Positions 11,945 through 21,703 are shown, counted from the first letter of the stretch. The stretch: DNA of 64,000 nt from a bacterium (GCA_046758365.1 JBHIAC010000002.1:3836-67835); one strand, 5' to 3'. The notes: a model not told the origin generated them from the sequence alone. Numbers and translations are program-made.

Positions 11945-12018
11945 GCGCCCGTAGCTCAATTGGATAGAGCATCTGACTTCGGATCAGAGGGTTGAGGGTT
12001 CGAGTCCTTCCGGGCGTG
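11945..12018 (+). tRNA. tRNA-Arg(TCG)
   Basis: Acceptor GCGCCCG/CGGGCGT; TCTGA-CTTCGGA-TCAGA; GGTTCGAGTCC. Confidence 0.95.
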
Positions 12019-12039
12019 CTAAAAAAAATCAATAACATA

Positions 12040-12066
12040 GGCTCACTTGTATAGTGAGCTTTTTTA
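12040..12066 (+). terminator. Intrinsic terminator after the tRNA pair
   Basis: GCTCACT-TGTAT-AGTGAGC hairpin followed by a T run. Confidence 0.8.
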
Positions 12067-12114
12067 TTTTAAAATTGAAATGTTACCAAGATATTACCAT
12101 AAAGAGAATTTTTG

Positions 12115-12212
12115 CTTGACAAATTTGTAATAATTTGACATATTAAATTCGTTTCTGATTAAGGACAAAAAGTATGGATGATGAATCAGAGTTATCTTTC
12201 CTCTGACTTGAC
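12115..12212 (+). promoter_or_regulatory. Promoter plus leader hairpin upstream of the TIR-like gene (copy 1 of a repeated element)
   Basis: TTGACA-17 nt-CATATT, then TCAGAG...CTCTGA hairpin; homologous to 56156-56235 on the minus strand. Confidence 0.6.
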
Positions 12213-12245
12213 AAACGCTTCTCCATCTGCTTATATGGTCATAAT

Positions 12246-12752
12246 ATGAAAATTCCTGTTTTTGTTTCTTGCCCGACAACGCTTAACAGAGCGCAAGAAT
12301 CGGCTCGAAAAATTATTAATCAAGAGTTAGACCAGTTAGGTATCGAGCCTCGTGCATTGGGTCGAACCGATTATCCATCCGATTTCCCATTACGGGAAGT
12401 TTTAGTCATAGCAAAACATTGTTCTAGTGGAGTTATTCTTGGATTTACTCAGTTTTCTACTGATTCAGGAATATGGAAAGAAGGAACACCTGACGCAGAA
12501 CCAAATAATGAAACTTTAGCTTTTCCTACGTCTTGGAATCAGCTTGAAGCTGGAATCTTATTCTCGTTAGGCCTCCCTCTTCTGGTATTTAAGGAAGAAA
12601 ATATTTCAGGTGGCGCCTTTGACTCAGGAGTCACGGATGTTTTTATCCATAAAATGCCGATAGGAAGATTATCTGTTGAGAATAAAAAGGCATTACGAGA
12701 AGTATTTCTCAATTGGCAAAGAAAAGTCAGAGCTCATTATTATGGTGATTAG
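12246..12752 (+). CDS. TIR-like / nucleotide-hydrolase-fold protein, possible anti-phage component
   Basis: VFVS first strand, GVILGF strand, TSWNQLEAGILFSLGLPLLVF (W-x3-E catalytic-helix pattern). Confidence 0.55.
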   Translation: MKIPVFVSCPTTLNRAQESARKIINQELDQLGIEPRALGRTDYPSDFPLREVLVIAKHCSSGVILGFTQFSTDSGIWKEGTPDAEPNNETLAFPTSWNQLEAGILFSLGLPLLVFKEENISGGAFDSGVTDVFIHKMPIGRLSVENKKALREVFLNWQRKVRAHYYGD

Positions 12753-12924
12753 GGTAATAAAATTCCAGTGACTAATTTTGTGCCTTGCACTCCGAGACGC
12801 TAGAATACCTACTGCGGGAAAAGGCGGCACCGGTGAAAGCACGCAGTCCAAATTGATCGACCAGTCTGACACCTTAACCCAGAGACTCGAGTCACCAAAT
12901 TTTTCCAAACTTCTGAAATGAAAG

Positions 12925-13398
12925 ATGGCATTTAACAAATTTGAAGAATATAAATTCATAGCTTCAAGTAACCAGCACCTTTCAGAAAGACGTCAGGAGG
13001 CCACAAAGACCTATCTGAGTGTAAATACCGCTATTTTTGTGATTATAGCCTTTCTAATCAAAGACACACAACTTCAGGATTGGTGGTTAATAATTGCGCT
13101 TTTTCCTCTAACACTCACAGGTATTCTCTCGTGCTGGATTTGGAGCAAGATAATCACTCAATACAAAAAACTGATTGGTTGGCGTTACGATGAACTCATT
13201 AAAATTGAGGAAAGCATGAAGGAAGCTCACCATTTCTACAAAAAAGAAAAGGGACAGTTTTTTAAACAGCAGAACGGTAAGGAAAAGTTTGGCTTCTCAC
13301 GTCTGGAGGCATTACTCCCTACCATGTTCATGGCCTTGTACCTCATTTATTTTTTGGGGCTGTTATTTATAATAACATACAATCAATTTTGGAGGTAG
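12925..13398 (+). CDS. Small 3-TM membrane protein resembling the RipA/Rip1-type oligomeric pore family
   Basis: FEEYK...SERRQ.A...YLSVNTA, two TMs, W..II..YK.L......IE, third TM; pattern recalled, not searched. Confidence 0.55.
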   Translation: MAFNKFEEYKFIASSNQHLSERRQEATKTYLSVNTAIFVIIAFLIKDTQLQDWWLIIALFPLTLTGILSCWIWSKIITQYKKLIGWRYDELIKIEESMKEAHHFYKKEKGQFFKQQNGKEKFGFSRLEALLPTMFMALYLIYFLGLLFIITYNQFWR

Positions 13399-13401
13399 AA
13401 A

Positions 13402-16041
13402 TTGTCCGAAAATAAATTTCGAGTAAACTTGCGATTTGCCCAATTTGGGTCAAGCTTAAAATTCAAGGATATTATATCACTAACGTTCATTGGGTACAGT
13501 CTGGGATGGCTCCTTTCTTTTTACCTGGTTGCTTCATTTGTTCACCTTAATTTTGTAATATTGATTTTATTATTCCACGGATATTTCTGGTTTAAACTGG
13601 TTAACGAAATCCTACAAAAGATTGAGCCACCTGCTGAGCTCCTGCTTATTCTTTTTCTACTGATACACTTTGTCGACCTGGCTTTTTTGCGAATAGAGTT
13701 TGCCGCCTCGACATTTTGGAATCCTGTGATACAAATGCCCAGTTCGTTTTTAGGAATTCTGCAAATTATGGTATTGGCTTTATCAATTCTTATTTTCAGC
13801 TTGATTCTGGTAAAAAACAGCCAAGGTAAAAGAGGGGTCATTGTTTGGTATGTGTTGCTTGGTTTCATTGGAATCAACTTACTCAGGGCTGAAGACGATT
13901 CCTACCTTTTACTTTTTCAGTTTGTTTTATTTATTCTTCTTTTACGAAAAACCTCCTGGTTAGAAGAACTTACAAAATTAGAGTGCTGGACAGGTTTTCT
14001 GCTATTGTTTTTACTTTTTCAAGGAGTTTCTCTACTTGATCCATTTCAAGGTGCGAATACCAATCAGCTTGCTCAACAATTTATTTGGTACAGCGCACCT
14101 TTTTATATGTACTTATTATTCAAAATATATTTACTTGCGCTTCTCGTAAAAATTCCAGTAGTGCTTGTTTACAACCACGCACAGCTTTCGCGGAAATTAC
14201 GGATTTCCAGTCTTTTTCAATCCACATTTCCACAGGTCATTCATCTAATTATGTTGCTGATTATTTTTTACTTTTTCATTGCTGTTTGGCAGGCTGAAAA
14301 TGTGCGGCAGGCATTAATCAATCAGATAGAACAGGTAAAATCTGGCAAGGCGACCCCATCTCTTACCTATTTTAAAGGGGCTAAGACTTCTATTGGCTCT
14401 ACAATTTTTTACGGTTACCAACCGATAAACTTGTCAAATGAGTTGCCCCAGCAGGGAATTCTGGCTTTAGAGCGGGCCCCATCTGGGGAACTAGCCGATT
14501 ACAAGAATATAGATTATTTCTTCTTTTTCGATGCCGCTGAGGTTGCAGACGATTCAGTCTATTTTTTCAAGATAAATTCAAATTTCTTGGCGTCAGTGAC
14601 CGAAAATATGTCCGTATTAGCTGGCACCCAACTGCTATCTTATCCGTATTTGCTTGCCCAATGGGAGACTTTTATTTACAATAGAAAAATCTTGATGCAG
14701 GATAATGAAATTAGAATATTTCCGTTCAGCTTGACTCCTCAAAAGTCAGCAAATTTTATTTCAGTCGGAGTCGAGGCTGGCACAAAACCGCGTTATGCTT
14801 TTGAAGAACGGAGGATGCGACTGGAAGACGCTGAAATAAATTTCGGCAAATTGGATGAAAATAAGTTCACGGTTGGGAGAGTTTTAGTCCCGCTTTGGAA
14901 TGCGAATTTTGAGCATGTTGGTGATTTTGCTTTTGATGTCTTGCTGGTGCCGAGTTTATCTATTTTTAATTCGCTTCTATTTAGGTATATAGTGTTTTTT
15001 ATTATTGTTTACTTATTGGTAAATCTCTTTGTCGTCCGTCGAGCTGTAAAATTTGGCGCCCGGATTAATCGCAGGATTGTGCAGAAATTTAATCAACTCA
15101 AAGACGGTATTCGGGAAATATCATCTGGTAATCTGGATTATAAGGTCAAGCTCGAGGGCGAAGATGAATTTGTGGAATTGGCCGAAAGGTTCAATCAAAT
15201 GGGGGAAAAGCTAAAACAGACCATTGAGGAAGTTCGCGAAAAAGAACGCCTTGAACATGAATTAAATATTGCCCGTCAGGTTCAGCTCAGTTTACTTCCA
15301 AGTCATCTGCCCCAGGTACAAGGATATCAAGTTGCCGCTACCCTTAAAACGGCTACAGAGGTGGGAGGTGATTTTTACGATATTATACCTTTAAATAACA
15401 ACAAATTTCTATTCACGATTGGTGACGTTTCCGGGAAAAGTACGTCGGCCGCTTTTTATATGGCACAGTGCATAAGTCTCATTCGGTATTCTCCTCAATT
15501 TACCTATGAACCTCGTGAAATTATCCTGCGTTTGAATGAGTATTTTGCAGATCCGATGGTTGATCGCCAGATGTTTGTAACTGCAATTGTCGGCATGTTG
15601 GATGCAGCCAAAAGCACCATACGGTTAGTTAGAGCCGGGCACACTATGCCGATTCTCATCCCAGGACGAAAGAAAGAAGAAATTCGTGAATTACAGCCCG
15701 GTGGTCTGGGAATTGGTTTGGCAAGAAGCGGCCAAATGCTCGAAAAAGTTCTTAAAGTGGAGCAAGTTACCATTCGTTCCGGCGATATGGTGGTGTTATA
15801 TACCGATGGTGTGGTAGAGGCCGCACGCTCGTCTGCTGAAATAGATAGTAATAATGGCGAAGATGAGGAGACTAAGCAGTTTTACGGGGAGGAGCGGTTA
15901 ATGAATTTGCTGAAGGGAATCCGCGGAAAAAGCGCCACAAAAATCATGCAGGAGCTCACCAATGATTTGGAATCATTTTATGGAGGAAACGCGCCGGTGG
16001 ATGATTATACGTTGTTGATTATTCAGAAAACGAGCAGATGA
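13402..16041 (+). CDS. Polytopic membrane sensor with HAMP and SpoIIE/PP2C phosphatase
   Basis: Many N-terminal TMs; HAMP (GEDEFVELAERFNQM); VGGDFYD, GDVSGK, RAGH, YTDGVVEA, DDYTLL. Confidence 0.9.
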   Translation: MSENKFRVNLRFAQFGSSLKFKDIISLTFIGYSLGWLLSFYLVASFVHLNFVILILLFHGYFWFKLVNEILQKIEPPAELLLILFLLIHFVDLAFLRIEFAASTFWNPVIQMPSSFLGILQIMVLALSILIFSLILVKNSQGKRGVIVWYVLLGFIGINLLRAEDDSYLLLFQFVLFILLLRKTSWLEELTKLECWTGFLLLFLLFQGVSLLDPFQGANTNQLAQQFIWYSAPFYMYLLFKIYLLALLVKIPVVLVYNHAQLSRKLRISSLFQSTFPQVIHLIMLLIIFYFFIAVWQAENVRQALINQIEQVKSGKATPSLTYFKGAKTSIGSTIFYGYQPINLSNELPQQGILALERAPSGELADYKNIDYFFFFDAAEVADDSVYFFKINSNFLASVTENMSVLAGTQLLSYPYLLAQWETFIYNRKILMQDNEIRIFPFSLTPQKSANFISVGVEAGTKPRYAFEERRMRLEDAEINFGKLDENKFTVGRVLVPLWNANFEHVGDFAFDVLLVPSLSIFNSLLFRYIVFFIIVYLLVNLFVVRRAVKFGARINRRIVQKFNQLKDGIREISSGNLDYKVKLEGEDEFVELAERFNQMGEKLKQTIEEVREKERLEHELNIARQVQLSLLPSHLPQVQGYQVAATLKTATEVGGDFYDIIPLNNNKFLFTIGDVSGKSTSAAFYMAQCISLIRYSPQFTYEPREIILRLNEYFADPMVDRQMFVTAIVGMLDAAKSTIRLVRAGHTMPILIPGRKKEEIRELQPGGLGIGLARSGQMLEKVLKVEQVTIRSGDMVVLYTDGVVEAARSSAEIDSNNGEDEETKQFYGEERLMNLLKGIRGKSATKIMQELTNDLESFYGGNAPVDDYTLLIIQKTSR

Positions 16042-16131
16042 AAACGTAGAGTATAGGTCTGAAATGCCTAATAAGCTTTCTCACATTTCTTTGTCATGTA
16101 GTCCTATTGGACATACATGACCTACATTCAT

Positions 16132-16281
16132 TCACACCACCATACTCAACGCTATCCGCTCGCGCTCCACATCCACCTTGAGCCCCTTCACATCAATTAC
16201 CTTCCCCACCGAAACCAAATCCAAAGGATTTTTAACAAATTTTTTCGACATTTGGCTTTTGTGCATTAAGTCGTCATTTTT
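16132..16281 (-). pseudogene. 3' remnant of a Tex/YhgF-like S1 domain, copy 1
   Basis: Minus strand reads KNDDLMHKSQMSKKFVKNPLDLVSVGKVIDVKGLKVDVERERIALSMVV*. Confidence 0.75.
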
Positions 16282-16369
16282 AAAACACTCTAAATTCAAT
16301 GCCATTTTATCAAGATACTTTTATATGCAAATGTCATATAATCCTTATCGGACATACATGACCTATGAT

Positions 16370-16489
16370 TCATACCACTATACTCAACCCTATCCTTTCC
16401 AGCTCTACATCGATCTTAAGCACCTTCACTTCAATCACATCCCTTACCGAAACCAGATCCAAAGGATTTTTGACTTTCAAATCTTCCAT
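16370..16489 (-). pseudogene. 3' remnant of a Tex/YhgF-like S1 domain, copy 2
   Basis: Minus strand reads MEDLKVKNPLDLVSVRDVIEVKVLKIDVELERIGLSIVV*. Confidence 0.7.
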
Positions 16490-16551
16490 TCGTAAACTGA
16501 AAGATTTTCTTCGTCCCTGGCTTTGGAAGTTAAAAGCCCCAATGCATGAAT

Positions 16552-17988
16552 TTATTCCAGCTCGAAAGCGATGAACATCAACCGTCCCTGCCGCTCGACC
16601 TGAACGACCACAGGATCAAAGACTTTGAGATTAGCTACCGCTGAACGCAATTCCGCGAGGCCTGCGACTGGGTCACCATTAATTGAATAAATTACATCAC
16701 GTGGTAATAATCCGTTTTCCCAATAGGGAGCGTTGGCAGCTCTTGTAGCCACCACAACACCTGTCTCTTTTCTAAGTGGTGGAAGCATTTTCGCGATTTT
16801 AGGGTCAAGATCAATTCCCAGAATACCCAATTTTGGGATAAGGTTTCTTTCTGGGCTGACCAAGGCTGCAAATCGTTCAGGATCATTGGCCCGTTCGATA
16901 ACCGATACTTGCATAATGAGATTTTCTGAACCTCGCAGCACTTCTAGCGTTACAAAGTCATCTATAGAACGATGGTATAGATTTACGTCAAACTGGCGGC
17001 CATTTTCCATTATTTTACCATCTATCGTTAGAATTACGTCTCCAACCTTAAGGCCTGCTTTATCGGCTGGTCCGTCTGGATAAACATCACCTAAAACGAC
17101 TCCCCAGTTCTGAGGTAGTCCAAATCCGGCTGCTAAAGCAGGCGTAATGGTCTGTGCATGCACTCCGATCAAGCCGCGTCGGACACGACCTGTTTTGCGG
17201 ATTTGTTCAAAGACATTTCGAACGATATTGCTGGGAGCCGCAAAACCAATTCCTTCGCTGCCACCAGACTGCGTGAAAATGAATGTATTAATCCCTACCA
17301 CGCGGCCCCGAGTGTCCACAAGAGGCCCCCCACTGTTTCCTGGATTAATGGGGGCATCCGTTTGGATATAAATCATCGGGTCTTCGGGTTGCAATTGGCG
17401 CGCTATGGAGCTTACAACACCCAAGGTTACTGTATTCTCCAAACCAAGAGGACTGCCAAAAGCCAATACCAAATGTCCTTGCCGAAGCTCGTCAGAATCA
17501 CCTAATTTCAGAAAGGGTAAGTTTTTTTCTTGAATTTTTAATACTGCTAGCTCGGTTTCCCTATCGATGCCCACAATTTGGGCGCCAATGATTTTACCTC
17601 TGGCTTTTAGGATGGATTGCCTCTCGACATTATCTTCCAATGAAGCTGCTAACACGACTTGGACGCGTCTTGCACCTTCTACAACATGGGCGTTGGTGAT
17701 GATGTAACCATCAGGATCAAGGATAACACCTGAACCGCTGCTACGCTGTCTTGTTATCAAATTTGAACTGGTCGAGCTAACTCCCTGAGCCGGCACATAC
17801 ATCATTGTAAAAATCTGTACTACTGATGGACTCACACGCTCTGCTAAGGCTTCGAAATCGCTGCTGAGTTTGCTCAAAGCTAATATAGAATTTTTATCTG
17901 ATGAGGATTGCGCCAAAACATCACAGTGGGGAAGGATTAAGTAGAGAATCATTAAAAAGAAAATTAGGCGATATAATTTATTCCTCAT
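16552..17988 (-). CDS. HtrA/DegQ-family serine protease with two PDZ domains
   Basis: GSGVI, ITNAHVV, IQTDAPINPGNSGGPLV, GIGFA; signal peptide. Confidence 0.95.
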   Translation of the reverse strand: MRNKLYRLIFFLMILYLILPHCDVLAQSSSDKNSILALSKLSSDFEALAERVSPSVVQIFTMMYVPAQGVSSTSSNLITRQRSSGSGVILDPDGYIITNAHVVEGARRVQVVLAASLEDNVERQSILKARGKIIGAQIVGIDRETELAVLKIQEKNLPFLKLGDSDELRQGHLVLAFGSPLGLENTVTLGVVSSIARQLQPEDPMIYIQTDAPINPGNSGGPLVDTRGRVVGINTFIFTQSGGSEGIGFAAPSNIVRNVFEQIRKTGRVRRGLIGVHAQTITPALAAGFGLPQNWGVVLGDVYPDGPADKAGLKVGDVILTIDGKIMENGRQFDVNLYHRSIDDFVTLEVLRGSENLIMQVSVIERANDPERFAALVSPERNLIPKLGILGIDLDPKIAKMLPPLRKETGVVVATRAANAPYWENGLLPRDVIYSINGDPVAGLAELRSAVANLKVFDPVVVQVERQGRLMFIAFELE

Positions 17989-18064
17989 GATTACTCCTTA
18001 TGGTATTACCACTCAATTCTTTGTTTTTTTGACAAATAAATTTGATATATTAGAAATCTTTCGT

Positions 18065-18853
18065 TTACCTTATTTGTCCTAAATAAACTTTGGTGTCATA
18101 CTTAAACTTTACTTTGTCATCTACTTGAAAATTAAGAAAAATGGTTTGTAATTCATCCATCATAGCCTCATATTTTGGCTGACCTTTCATTGGAACATAA
18201 GATGATGATAAAAGCCTGCCTTTGAATCCCTCAAAATCAACAACTTGCATATTTTCAAAAATTTTCATCTTGAAGCCATGAGGTCGAAAAAACCATCTAA
18301 AAACTTCTTCGTCTAAATTTTTATGATCCACTTTTTTGTAGTCTATGCTGAAGGTGTTTAGCAATTCTTCATACGCTTTTAGAAATGGCGTTGCATCTGT
18401 TTTTCTGTCGCTCCAGATCAGGACAACCCATCCGTTTGGTTTCAATATACGTAAAAACTCTTGCCTTGCCTTTTCTAAATGAAACCAATGAAAAGCCTGG
18501 CCAGCCGTGACGAAATCCACACTATGTTGTTCTAAAGAAGTTTCTTCCGCGGTTCCGTTGATGCTTTTGAAATTATCATATTTTAACAAGAGTTTTTCCG
18601 CAGCCTCTCGCATTTCTTTGTTTGGCTCGACAGCAAATACGCCATTTCCGTTTTTTAAAAAAAGTTCAGAAAGTATCCCGGTTCCTGAACCAACATCCGC
18701 TACGATAGAAGCACTTGTTAGCCCACAATCTTCTTTTAAAGTGTGAATAATCTTTTTTGGATAACTGGGACGATATTTGATGTAATTCGCAACTCGATTA
18801 GAAAACCGCTTTGTTGGATTTAATTGGCAAGGAGCTTGATAATCTATTTTCAC
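18065..18853 (-). CDS. Class I SAM-dependent methyltransferase
   Basis: Y.KYRPSYP, VADVGSGTG, AGQAFHWF. Confidence 0.92.
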   Translation of the reverse strand: MKIDYQAPCQLNPTKRFSNRVANYIKYRPSYPKKIIHTLKEDCGLTSASIVADVGSGTGILSELFLKNGNGVFAVEPNKEMREAAEKLLLKYDNFKSINGTAEETSLEQHSVDFVTAGQAFHWFHLEKARQEFLRILKPNGWVVLIWSDRKTDATPFLKAYEELLNTFSIDYKKVDHKNLDEEVFRWFFRPHGFKMKIFENMQVVDFEGFKGRLLSSSYVPMKGQPKYEAMMDELQTIFLNFQVDDKVKFKYDTKVYLGQIR

Positions 18854-18865
18854 TTCTTTAAAATT

Positions 18866-19561
18866 CTATTCTTCTTTTGATAGGATGATTGAAGTCATCA
18901 AGCGAGCCAGAATTTCACCACGGTTTGTGAAAAACAGCCATTTTCCAGTGTCATCAACAACAGGCAGAGAATCTAGGTGAAGTTTCTGCATCTCCTCTAA
19001 AACTTCTTTCGCAGTAGTGCCTGGTCCCACGCTGTGCTTACTAACACCGCTCATATTTTTCAATTCATCAAAACGAACTTTATCCAGGTGAGAGGGCAGC
19101 TGGGCGACAAATGAAGCTGAGTTCATCCAACCAACAAACTTGTTCCTTTGTTGGATAACCACAAAATGCAAGCCAAGCGTACTTATGTATTCTTTAAGTA
19201 GTTTTACAGAATAATTTTGAATATCATCAAGAAGAAGTAAGGTGTTTATTGTTTTTGTAGGCGATTTTGCAAGATCTGCCTGTAATTTTAAAAGAGCAGA
19301 CCTGGAACCCTTCCTCACCACACCTTCTGCCCCGCCAATTCCAGCAATTGATAGATTATCAAAAGACAATTCTCTAATTTCCGTCTTCGTTGCTGTTTCA
19401 CCCAACTTTAAAAATCCTCCGATCTCAAAGCTACCACCCGACTTAATACGGTCTAAAGAAACAGTATATATTTCACTAACCTCGCTGCGAAATATTAATA
19501 ACAAAATACCTAGAATAACGGGCCAGACTAGTTTATTAATCAGTGGAATCCAATCTTTCAT
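18866..19561 (-). CDS. Membrane-anchored CBS-domain protein
   Basis: Start MKDWIP with GGAGG RBS; N-terminal TM (LVWP motif); C-terminal CBS (LDSLPVVDDTGK). Confidence 0.7.
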   Translation of the reverse strand: MKDWIPLINKLVWPVILGILLLIFRSEVSEIYTVSLDRIKSGGSFEIGGFLKLGETATKTEIRELSFDNLSIAGIGGAEGVVRKGSRSALLKLQADLAKSPTKTINTLLLLDDIQNYSVKLLKEYISTLGLHFVVIQQRNKFVGWMNSASFVAQLPSHLDKVRFDELKNMSGVSKHSVGPGTTAKEVLEEMQKLHLDSLPVVDDTGKWLFFTNRGEILARLMTSIILSKEE

Positions 19562-19638
19562 TTTAGCCTCCAAATAATATTTCAGTGAAAGCTGACTTCT
19601 AATAATTGGAAAATTCCCTTGTAATTCTCCATGCGTGC

Positions 19639-19728
19639 TTCTAACGGCTGCGAGCTGAGCGGCGCCACACGAAAGGGTCATTTGATTTTCGTGCAGCTGG
19701 CGGCGTCCGCTACAGCGAGTCGTTAACT
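19639..19728 (-). mobile_element. Integron attC-like recombination site following the cupin gene
   Basis: Minus strand AGTTAAC-gactcgctgtagcggacgcc...ggcgccgctcagctcgcagcc-GTTAGAA; imperfect 90-bp palindrome 7 nt after the cupin stop. Confidence 0.7.
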
Positions 19729-19735
19729 GGAGAGC

Positions 19736-20101
19736 CTATATCCAGATATCGCCCTCCGCAGTTAGCTCACCACTGGCGTCTCCGGTATTGATCGTCCCTA
19801 CTGGTTCCACGAGCATGATTAGGCACTCCTGGGCCGCAAACGGCTTGTGTTCAATACCCTTTTGAACAACAAACATCTCTCCCTTGCCCAGGTGGACCTG
19901 CCCATCTCGGAATTCGATCATCATGCTGCCGTCCATCACGATGAAGACTTCGTCGGTGTCTTCATGCTTGTGCCAGACGAAGTCCCCTTGAATCTTCACC
20001 AACTTGAAGTGATAGTCGTTCATCTGCGCGATGATCTTTGGAGCCCACAGGTCGGAGAACTTGGCAAATTTTTCTGTGATGTTGACAACTTCAGTATTCA
20101 T
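19736..20101 (-). CDS. Cupin-domain protein
   Basis: [27 protein letters not shown]; GC-richer than neighbours. Confidence 0.9.
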   Translation of the reverse strand: MNTEVVNITEKFAKFSDLWAPKIIAQMNDYHFKLVKIQGDFVWHKHEDTDEVFIVMDGSMMIEFRDGQVHLGKGEMFVVQKGIEHKPFAAQECLIMLVEPVGTINTGDASGELTAEGDIWI

Positions 20102-20248
20102 GTTCGTCCAAAACTGCTCTCCTGCTAATATTAAAGTAATAGAAGATTAAAATTGTTTCAAATAATTTAAAATTAAATTTATTGTTTCAAGTTCTATGGA
20201 AGTCCACTGAGCTGACAAAATTCGGATTACAACCAGCAGGCATTTATT

Positions 20249-21703
20249 TTAAATCTGTCGTTCCTTCCAGCGACCTCGGCGGAAAATTAAGATACCCACA
20301 ATCCCTACCATTGATTCTGCTATTATAATGGCGAGAAAAACACCTCTTTCAGCGAAACCCAGCGGTAAAGCAAGTCCATAAGCAAGGGGAATCTCAAGCA
20401 GCCAAAAGCAGAAGAAATTGATAATCGTCGGGGTGGTGGTATCCCCGGCTCCGTTGAATGCTTGTGTCATGACCATGCCGTAGGCATAAAATAGATAGCC
20501 ATAACTAATAAAGCGTAAGCAATCGGCTCCAATAGCCACGACAGCAGGTTCACTGGTAAATAAACGGACTAGGAACTCAGAAAAAGAGATGAAGATAATT
20601 GCAATCATGCCTAAAAACACCATGTTGATTATGCCAGACATCCAAACTGAACGCTCGGCTCGTTCAGGTTTTTGGGCGCCAAGGTTTTGACCCACCAAAG
20701 TAGCGGCAGCATTGCTCATGCCCCAGGAGGGGAGGATTGAAAAGACAATGATGCGCACAGCAATGGTATACCCTGCCAGAGCCTCGCTTCCGAAAACTGC
20801 CATGATGCGAACTAGTCCAACCCAGCTTGATGTTGCAATCAGAAATTGTCCGATTCCTCCCAGTGAAACACGCAGTAGCCGTAGCATTACATCTGGATTT
20901 AGCCGTAGCTGACTGCGTTGTACCTGAATTCGGCTGGTGCCGCGAAAGAGTACCCACAGTTGGAAGAGAACGCCAATGCCTCGACCAATGGTTGTTGCGA
21001 CGGCTGCGCCTGTGACACCCAATTGTGGGAACGGTCCCAGCCCAAAAATGAAGCACGGATCAAGGATGATATTAATAAGATTGGCGAGCCACAGGATGCG
21101 CATAGCAATTGCGGCGTCCCCTGCACCACGGAATACGGCATTGATAATGAACAAGAGCATGATAATAGCATTACTACCGATTAAAACTGCCGTGTACTTG
21201 TATCCCGATTCAATAATACCTATTGCGGCGCCCATGAGTTGCAGAAGATTTGGTGCGAAGAAAACGGCGATAGCGGTGAATGGTAGTGACACGGCAATCC
21301 CAACGCCTATTGCTTGTACGGCAGCAATAGAAGCGCCTGCTCTATTCTTCTCACCGATTCGACGGGCGACCATAGCCGTGGTCGCCATACTGAGGCCTAC
21401 AGCAATAGCGTACACTATAGTGAGCATCGACTCGGTTAAACCAACCGTTGCCACGGCATCCGCACCAAGTTTTGACACGAAAAAGATATCCACAACCGCA
21501 AACACCGACTCCATAACCATCTCTAAAACCATTGGAATGGAGAGGAGCAAGATGGCACGGCCTATGCTGCCTTCGGTGAAATCTTGTTCTGTGCCAAGGA
21601 TTGCTTCGCGCAGGTCTTTCCATAAAGTGACCAGTCGGTTATTTGTTTTAGACTCAAGAACCGCTGACACGGTTGTGGGATTGTTGTTTAATGGCTTGTT
21701 CAT
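20249..21703 (-). CDS. MATE-family efflux transporter
   Basis: About 12 TMs; [33 protein letters not shown]. Confidence 0.95.
   Translation of the reverse strand: MNKPLNNNPTTVSAVLESKTNNRLVTLWKDLREAILGTEQDFTEGSIGRAILLLSIPMVLEMVMESVFAVVDIFFVSKLGADAVATVGLTESMLTIVYAIAVGLSMATTAMVARRIGEKNRAGASIAAVQAIGVGIAVSLPFTAIAVFFAPNLLQLMGAAIGIIESGYKYTAVLIGSNAIIMLLFIINAVFRGAGDAAIAMRILWLANLINIILDPCFIFGLGPFPQLGVTGAAVATTIGRGIGVLFQLWVLFRGTSRIQVQRSQLRLNPDVMLRLLRVSLGGIGQFLIATSSWVGLVRIMAVFGSEALAGYTIAVRIIVFSILPSWGMSNAAATLVGQNLGAQKPERAERSVWMSGIINMVFLGMIAIIFISFSEFLVRLFTSEPAVVAIGADCLRFISYGYLFYAYGMVMTQAFNGAGDTTTPTIINFFCFWLLEIPLAYGLALPLGFAERGVFLAIIIAESMVGIVGILIFRRGRWKERQI

Noticed and set aside
11659-12038. ORFs 11659..11967 and 11838..12038
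   Set aside because: They overlap tRNA genes and a palindromic repeat; spurious
12769-12850. GC-rich imperfect palindrome between the TIR-like and 3-TM genes as an attC site
   Set aside because: Arms pair only partly and neither RYYYAAC nor GTTRRRY box is intact; cannot be supported without a covariance model
16178-16574. Plus-strand ORFs of 105 and 69 aa
   Set aside because: Antisense shadows of the minus-strand tex-like remnants
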